A stretch of 64,000 nt of DNA from Candidatus Tepidifontimicrobium thermophilum (GTDB lineage: Bacteria; Sysuimicrobiota; Sysuimicrobiia; Sysuimicrobiales; Sysuimicrobiaceae). The position numbers and the translations under genes are program-made. Of this stretch, positions 59,413 through 64,000 are shown one piece after another (position 1 is the stretch's first letter; every line of letters begins with the position of its first letter). The notes beneath the pieces are model-generated. The model did no database searches, was not told the DNA's origin, and was given only the letters and a program-made list of their open reading frames with translations. Location: the NCBI GenBank assembly GCA_031459915.1, contig JAVKHO010000008.1, forward strand, positions 51,276 to 115,275, in the 5' to 3' direction.

Positions 59413-60102
59413 ATGGTACGCGTCCTCGTGGTGGACGACGACGAGGCGATCCTGAGCCTCCTGGGGTCGTACCTGGCCCGCGAGGGATTCGAGGTCCAGA
59501 CCGCGGGGGACGGGGAGGCTGCCCTTGCCGCGGCCCGGACCTCCCGCCCCGACGTGGTGGTGCTCGACGTTCTGCTGCCCGGCCTGGACGGGCTGGAGGT
59601 ACTCCGTCGGTTGCGGGCCGAGGGCGAGCCCTACGTGATCCTCCTCACCGCGAAGGCGGAGGAGGCAGACCGGGTGGTGGGCCTGGAGCTGGGGGCGGAT
59701 GACTACGTGACCAAGCCGTTCAGCCCCCGGGAGCTGGTGGCCCGGATCCGGGCCGTGCTGCGCCGGGGTCGCGGCCGGGCGGAGGTCCCGGAAGCTCCCC
59801 TGGTGTTCCCGCGGCTCCGGATCGACCCCGCCCGCCGGGAGGTGTGGCGGGACGGGGAGCGGGTGTACCTGACGCCCCTGGAGTTCGACCTGCTGCGGGC
59901 CCTGGCGTCCTTCCCCGGCCGGGTGTGGACCCGGGAGCAGCTCATCGAGCGGGTGTGGGGCCACGACTACTTCGGGGACGAGAGGGTGGTGGACGCACAC
60001 ATCAAGGAGCTCCGCCGGAAGCTACAAGACGACCCGGCGCGCCCCTCCTTCATCGGCACGGTACGCGGCGTGGGGTACCGGTTCGTGGACGAACCCCGGT
60101 AG
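59413..60102 (+). CDS. OmpR-family response regulator
   Basis: VLVVDDD, VLDVLLP, GADDYVTKPF and a winged helix. TACCAT -10 lies 7 nt upstream. Confidence 0.93.
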   Translation: MVRVLVVDDDEAILSLLGSYLAREGFEVQTAGDGEAALAAARTSRPDVVVLDVLLPGLDGLEVLRRLRAEGEPYVILLTAKAEEADRVVGLELGADDYVTKPFSPRELVARIRAVLRRGRGRAEVPEAPLVFPRLRIDPARREVWRDGERVYLTPLEFDLLRALASFPGRVWTREQLIERVWGHDYFGDERVVDAHIKELRRKLQDDPARPSFIGTVRGVGYRFVDEPR

Positions 60103-60103
60103 C

Positions 60104-61201
60104 ATGCCCACGCGGCTGTTCCCCAAGCTCCTCCTTGCCTTCCTGGTCGTCATCGCCACCGGTGCGGTAGTGGCCTGGGGGACTGCATGGGGGCTCGCGC
60201 CGGTGGCGTTCGCGGACCACCTCGCCAGCATGGCGGACCGGCTGGGACGTGAGGTAGGGCTAGTCGAGGAGCTGTTCGCGGGATTCCAGCAGGCGGTGGG
60301 CACCGCGGTGCTGGTGGCGGTGGCCGCCTCTGTCGTGGTCGCGTCCGGGGTGGCCACCTTTGTGGCTCGCAGGATCGTGGATCCCATTGAGGCGATGCGG
60401 CACGCCGCGGACCGGATCGCCTCCGGTCAGTACGGGGAGCGGGTTCCGGTGCGGTCCGCGGACGAGCTGGGGGAGCTCGCGGACCAGTTCAACCGTATGG
60501 CGGCTTCCCTGCAGCGGCTCGAGCGCGCCCGCCGGGACCTGGTGGCGGACGTGGCGCACGAGCTGCGCACGCCCCTGGCAGGACTGGGGGGGTACCTGGA
60601 AGGTCTGCTAGACGGGGTTCTGGAGCCCACCCCCGAGCTGCTGGGCCGCATGCGCCGGGAGGTCCGCCGACTCGAGCGCCTCGTGGAGGACCTCCAGGAA
60701 CTGTCGCGGGTGGAGGCCGGACGGGTTGAGTTGCGGCGAAGAGCCGCCTCGGTCCACGAACTACTGGAGGTGGTACTCTCCCGGCTCCGGTCGCAGTTTG
60801 TGGACAAAGGCGTGCGCCTAGCAGTGGAAGTACCCGCGGACCTGCCCCGCGTACTCGCAGATCCCGACCGGGCGGCCCAGGTGCTGACCAACCTTCTGGG
60901 GAACGCCCTTCAGTACACTCCCTCCGGAGGCCAGGTGACCGTGCGGGCATGGCCCGTGGATGGGGAGGTGGCGGTGTCGGTGACTGACACCGGGGTCGGA
61001 ATCCCGGCAGAACACCTGCCCCACGTCTTCGAGCGGTTCTACCGGGTTGACCGATCCCGAGCGCGGGCCGGTGGTGGGACGGGAATCGGGCTGACCATCG
61101 CTAGGGGCTTGGTGGAGCTCCACGGGGGCCGCATCTGGGCAGAGAGCCCTGGCCCCGGTCGGGGAAGCACCTTCACCTTCACCCTGCCCCGGGCCGGGTA
61201 G
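60104..61201 (+). CDS. HAMP sensor histidine kinase (BaeS/CopS-like)
   Basis: Two TM segments, HAMP DELGELA, VAHELRTPL and G-boxes. Confidence 0.93.
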   Translation: MPTRLFPKLLLAFLVVIATGAVVAWGTAWGLAPVAFADHLASMADRLGREVGLVEELFAGFQQAVGTAVLVAVAASVVVASGVATFVARRIVDPIEAMRHAADRIASGQYGERVPVRSADELGELADQFNRMAASLQRLERARRDLVADVAHELRTPLAGLGGYLEGLLDGVLEPTPELLGRMRREVRRLERLVEDLQELSRVEAGRVELRRRAASVHELLEVVLSRLRSQFVDKGVRLAVEVPADLPRVLADPDRAAQVLTNLLGNALQYTPSGGQVTVRAWPVDGEVAVSVTDTGVGIPAEHLPHVFERFYRVDRSRARAGGGTGIGLTIARGLVELHGGRIWAESPGPGRGSTFTFTLPRAG

Positions 61202-61205
61202 GGCC

Positions 61206-61243
61206 TTCACCGATTCTTCACGGACGGCGCAGGTACGCCTCAC
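61206..61243 (+). promoter_or_regulatory. putative OmpR-family regulator site copy 2
   Basis: TTCACcGATTCTTCAC-N14-CGCCTCAC followed by a TAGACT -10. Confidence 0.65.
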
Positions 61244-61277
61244 TGAGGCCACGTAGACTGGACCCCGGAGGAGACTC

Positions 61278-61922
61278 GTGATGGTGTGGATGGTGGCTTT
61301 CTGGGTGCTGGTGGCGGTCCTAGCCGCCGCGGTGGTGTCGCTGCTGTTCCCTCGGAACAGCAGTCGGGAGGACGCGCGCCGAGTCCTGAGGGAACGGCTG
61401 GCCCGGGGCGAGCTCGGGGCAGCGGAGTACCGGGAACGGATGCAGAACCTGGAAGTGCAGAGCAGCAAAGGTTCTCGGGGTTGGGTGGGCGTCGCGGTCG
61501 TAGTGCTTCTGGCGCTCGTGACCCTGTGGGCGGTCCTCGCGATGGGAGCCGGGTGGGGCATGCACGGGCGCTGGGGCATGCCCGGCATGTCCATGCCCCA
61601 CATGGGAAGCTGGAGTCCCAGCCCCGTAGCCAGCGCTCGTCCGGGCGGACGGCTCCTGCCCGTGGAGCTGGCAGACTTCAGCTTCCGGCCCGGCGTGGTG
61701 CGGGTGCGGGCCGGAGAGCCTGTGAACCTGAAGCTCCGCAACACCGGCTACGTCCCCCACGACCTGTACGTTCCGGACCTGCACTTTCGCGCCGCGTTGG
61801 CTCCAGGGCAGGAGCTGGTGGCGGGACTGCTAGCGGACCGGCCCGGCACGTTCGAGTTTTACTGCACGGTCCCCGGCCACCGGGAGGCGGGCATGAGGGG
61901 GGTGCTGGTGGTCTCCCCATAG
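61278..61922 (+). CDS. SHOCT + cupredoxin domain protein
   Basis: LRERLARGEL SHOCT, a Met/His linker, and PHDL..FYCTVPGHREAGM type-1 Cu ligands. Confidence 0.85.
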   Translation: MMVWMVAFWVLVAVLAAAVVSLLFPRNSSREDARRVLRERLARGELGAAEYRERMQNLEVQSSKGSRGWVGVAVVVLLALVTLWAVLAMGAGWGMHGRWGMPGMSMPHMGSWSPSPVASARPGGRLLPVELADFSFRPGVVRVRAGEPVNLKLRNTGYVPHDLYVPDLHFRAALAPGQELVAGLLADRPGTFEFYCTVPGHREAGMRGVLVVSP

Positions 61923-62007
61923 GCCCGGACAAGCCGCCTCGCCGATCGGTTCAAAAAACCACCTACGTTCGGCTGATGTCGTATGTCGCGTAACCGTATG
62001 AAGGGAG

Positions 62008-62502
62008 GTGGTTCACGTGAGGGTTGTGCTGATATCTGTCATCACCGTGCTCGTGGCGGTAGGCTTCCGAGCACAGGAGGGCGCGGGCGCTGCGGGTGCG
62101 CGGCAGGTGGTGGAGCTGCAGATGAAGGAGTTCGCCTTCGTGCCCGCCACCGTCACCTTCAGGGCCGGGGTGCCTGTGGAGCAGCGTCTGGTAAACCGGG
62201 GGGCGGTGGAGCACGAGTTCATGGTGTACGACCCAGGCCACATGCACCTAGCGGGGATGGACCCGGATGTCATGCACCGGGAGCTGGAAGCGCGGTCGTA
62301 CTTCCGGGGCATGGACGTGCGGGTGGAGGGAAAGGCAAAGATGGTTGAGCGCATGGGCAAGGACCTGGTCATGATCACCCTTGCCCCGGGCGAGCGGGTG
62401 GTCCTGCGCTTCACGCCCAAGAAGAAGGGTACGTTCGAGGTCGGCTGCCACATCCCGGGCCACTACGAGGCGGGGATGAAGGGGCGTTGGGTGGTCCGCT
62501 AG
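62008..62502 (+). CDS. exported cupredoxin (plastocyanin/azurin-like)
   Basis: HEFM and GCHIPGHYEAGM. Confidence 0.88.
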   Translation: MVHVRVVLISVITVLVAVGFRAQEGAGAAGARQVVELQMKEFAFVPATVTFRAGVPVEQRLVNRGAVEHEFMVYDPGHMHLAGMDPDVMHRELEARSYFRGMDVRVEGKAKMVERMGKDLVMITLAPGERVVLRFTPKKKGTFEVGCHIPGHYEAGMKGRWVVR

Positions 62503-62520
62503 TTCCGCCGCGGCGGTGTT

Positions 62521-63324
62521 TCACGCAGAAGCTCGCGGGCGTGACTGCGACGGGAGGGGAGCAGGTCTGCGTCGCGGGATCCAGGCCGGGGTACGACGGG
62601 CGTATTCCTCGTAGGTGGCACCGAAGCGCCGGGCGAGCTCCGCTTCCTCTTGCCGCGCCTGCCGCACGTAGGCAGCGGTGAGCACCGGCCACATCAGCAG
62701 CCCGGGGAGGGTAGGCCAGTGCACCAACCAGCCGCCGGTTACCAGTACCAGGCCCAGGTACTGGGGGTGTCGGAGATACCGGTACGGCCCCGTGGTCACG
62801 AGTCCCTCGCGGTGCCGGTAAAGCTCCCTCCACCCGAGGACCACGAGGAGTACGCCCAGGAGGGTGATGGCGGAGCCCACCGGCATTCCGAAGCGGTACA
62901 TGTACGTCATGAACTCCGGCTCGAACAGCGTCCAGCCCAGGGCGGACGAGAACAGGTAAGCTGTCAGGGGAAACCCGAACATCTCCGCGAACAGTGAGAT
63001 CACGAAGGCCGCGTACAGCCCGTGGGGCCGCCAGTCCCTCCGGGCCCGCACGGGCAGCAACAGCAGGAAGGCCAGGAACAAGGCTGCGGAGAGCACTACC
63101 AGCCCCCACTGCCCGCGGGTGATGGACAACAGTTCCGCCCGCAGGGGGCTCCCCCAAAGCGCCAGGGAGTGCCCCGCAGCCACCAGGAGGGCGGTGACGC
63201 TGACCGTGGCGGCCACCACACCCGCCGCGCTCGCCAGCCGTTGGCTGCGGGAAGCGGGGAAGGTGGCGTCCTGCGATCCGTGGCCCGAAGTTGGCCTCAT
63301 GCCCGTCGCAAGGTTCTGGACCAT
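62521..63324 (-). CDS. isoprenylcysteine carboxyl methyltransferase (ICMT/PEMT)-family membrane protein
   Basis: LFAEMFGFPLT, LVTTGPYRYLRHPQY and EE.EL..RFG..YEEY. Start uncertain. Confidence 0.85.
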   Translation of the reverse strand: MVQNLATGMRPTSGHGSQDATFPASRSQRLASAAGVVAATVSVTALLVAAGHSLALWGSPLRAELLSITRGQWGLVVLSAALFLAFLLLLPVRARRDWRPHGLYAAFVISLFAEMFGFPLTAYLFSSALGWTLFEPEFMTYMYRFGMPVGSAITLLGVLLVVLGWRELYRHREGLVTTGPYRYLRHPQYLGLVLVTGGWLVHWPTLPGLLMWPVLTAAYVRQARQEEAELARRFGATYEEYARRTPAWIPRRRPAPLPSQSRPRASA

Positions 63325-63369
63325 CCTTGCCGTACGTGGCCGCCGCGAGGTGCAACCCGGTGACTGCGT

Positions 63370-63576
63370 CTACGTGGCCACCGGATATCCTGCCTGCTCC
63401 AGGGCCCGCTTTAGGGTCTCCTCGTCGAACGCCCCCTCTTCGAAGACCACGCGGACCTCCTTCCTAGTGAGGTCCACGTGCACGGACCGTACGCCTGGTA
63501 CGCCGCGGGCTGCCCGATCCACGGTGGCCGCGCACCCGTTGCAGTGCATGCGCGGTACCCTGTACACCTTCTCCAT
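63370..63576 (-). CDS. copZ: copper chaperone (HMA domain)
   Basis: MHCNGC, 68 aa, AGY C-terminus. Confidence 0.88.
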   Translation of the reverse strand: MEKVYRVPRMHCNGCAATVDRAARGVPGVRSVHVDLTRKEVRVVFEEGAFDEETLKRALEQAGYPVAT

Positions 63577-63580
63577 CCGG

Positions 63581-63799
63581 TCACCTCCCTTCCGTGCGCT
63601 TGCGAACCCACGGGATGACCACGGGCATGAGGACGATGGTGGTGAGCAGGAACACCCATGCGGATCCGATCAGGCGGCTCGACCAGGAGGTTTCACCCTT
63701 CAGGGTGGCTAGGCCCACGAAGACTGCCGCCGCCAGCAAAGAAGCGCCCAGGTACAAAGCCGCGGCTGCTGCGGATGGGTTCCGAACCGTCTTGAACAT
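63581..63799 (-). CDS. small two-TM membrane protein
   Basis: GGAGGT SD, two hydrophobic helices, located between copA and copZ. Confidence 0.7.
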   Translation of the reverse strand: MFKTVRNPSAAAAALYLGASLLAAAVFVGLATLKGETSWSSRLIGSAWVFLLTTIVLMPVVIPWVRKRTEGR

Positions 63800-63803
63800 C
63801 GCT

Positions 63804-64000
63804 TCACCTCCCCGCGGCCGCAGGAGCCACCGCGCCCTCCACCCGGGCCCTCTCCTCGGGCCGGTGCCGCCGGCGCACGGGCGGCGTGTAGCCGCGCATG
63901 CGCTGGGTGTTCAGGGTCACCGACAGGGAGCTGGTGGCCATCAGCAGCGCGGCCAGCTCCGGGCTCACGATCTGGCGCAGGAACGGGTACAGGATCCCGA
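63804..64000 (-). CDS. copA: Cu+-type P1B-ATPase, 3' end (truncated by the window edge)
   Basis: Manual translation GILYPFLRQIVSPELAALLMATSSLSVTLN...* contains the MxxSS motif. Confidence 0.8.
   Translation of the reverse strand, partial: GILYPFLRQIVSPELAALLMATSSLSVTLNTQRMRGYTPPVRRRHRPEERARVEGAVAPAAAGR

Overview
This is a very GC-rich, gene-dense bacterial chromosomal window. The gene content suggests a thermophilic Terrabacteria lineage such as Armatimonadota (inference only). Bases 1-39.8 kb are mostly housekeeping genes: purE; an arsR-arsN2-arsM arsenic module; a compatible-solute cluster (USP-GpgS fusion, GH63 hydrolase, MscS, glgC); an accDABC-pdhABC operon; htrA, glpX and argS with an ArcE-like (arginine synthetase-like) P-loop protein; tal and rho; prfA-prmC-tsaC-rpiB-glyA-upp-dCMP deaminase; and a PhoB/PhoR-like pair. 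From about 39.8 kb to the end lies an accessory toxic-ion/metal island, which holds the three main observations. (1) Two separate fluoride (crcB-class) riboswitches, each with its own sigma70 promoter and terminator, control seven genes that include no Fluc/CrcB or CLC-F exporter: a coiled-coil repeat protein, a CxxC protein and an MFS transporter; then a CPA antiporter, a USP and a pair of MutS-domain ATPases. This is a candidate non-canonical fluoride-response system. (2) A hidden selenoprotein candidate, an ArsM-like methyltransferase with an in-frame UGA at the conserved Cys position followed by a bacterial SECIS-like hairpin, sits in a decaying ECF sigma/anti-sigma/OsmC locus. (3) A P1B-ATPase with an atypical YPC motif lies under a MerR-type promoter, followed by an Lnt-CPBP fusion and a copper cluster (cupredoxins, YHS, DsbD/CcdA, two-component system with a duplicated promoter module, copZ, copA 3' end). 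No rRNA, tRNA, CRISPR array, transposase or integrase was recognised.
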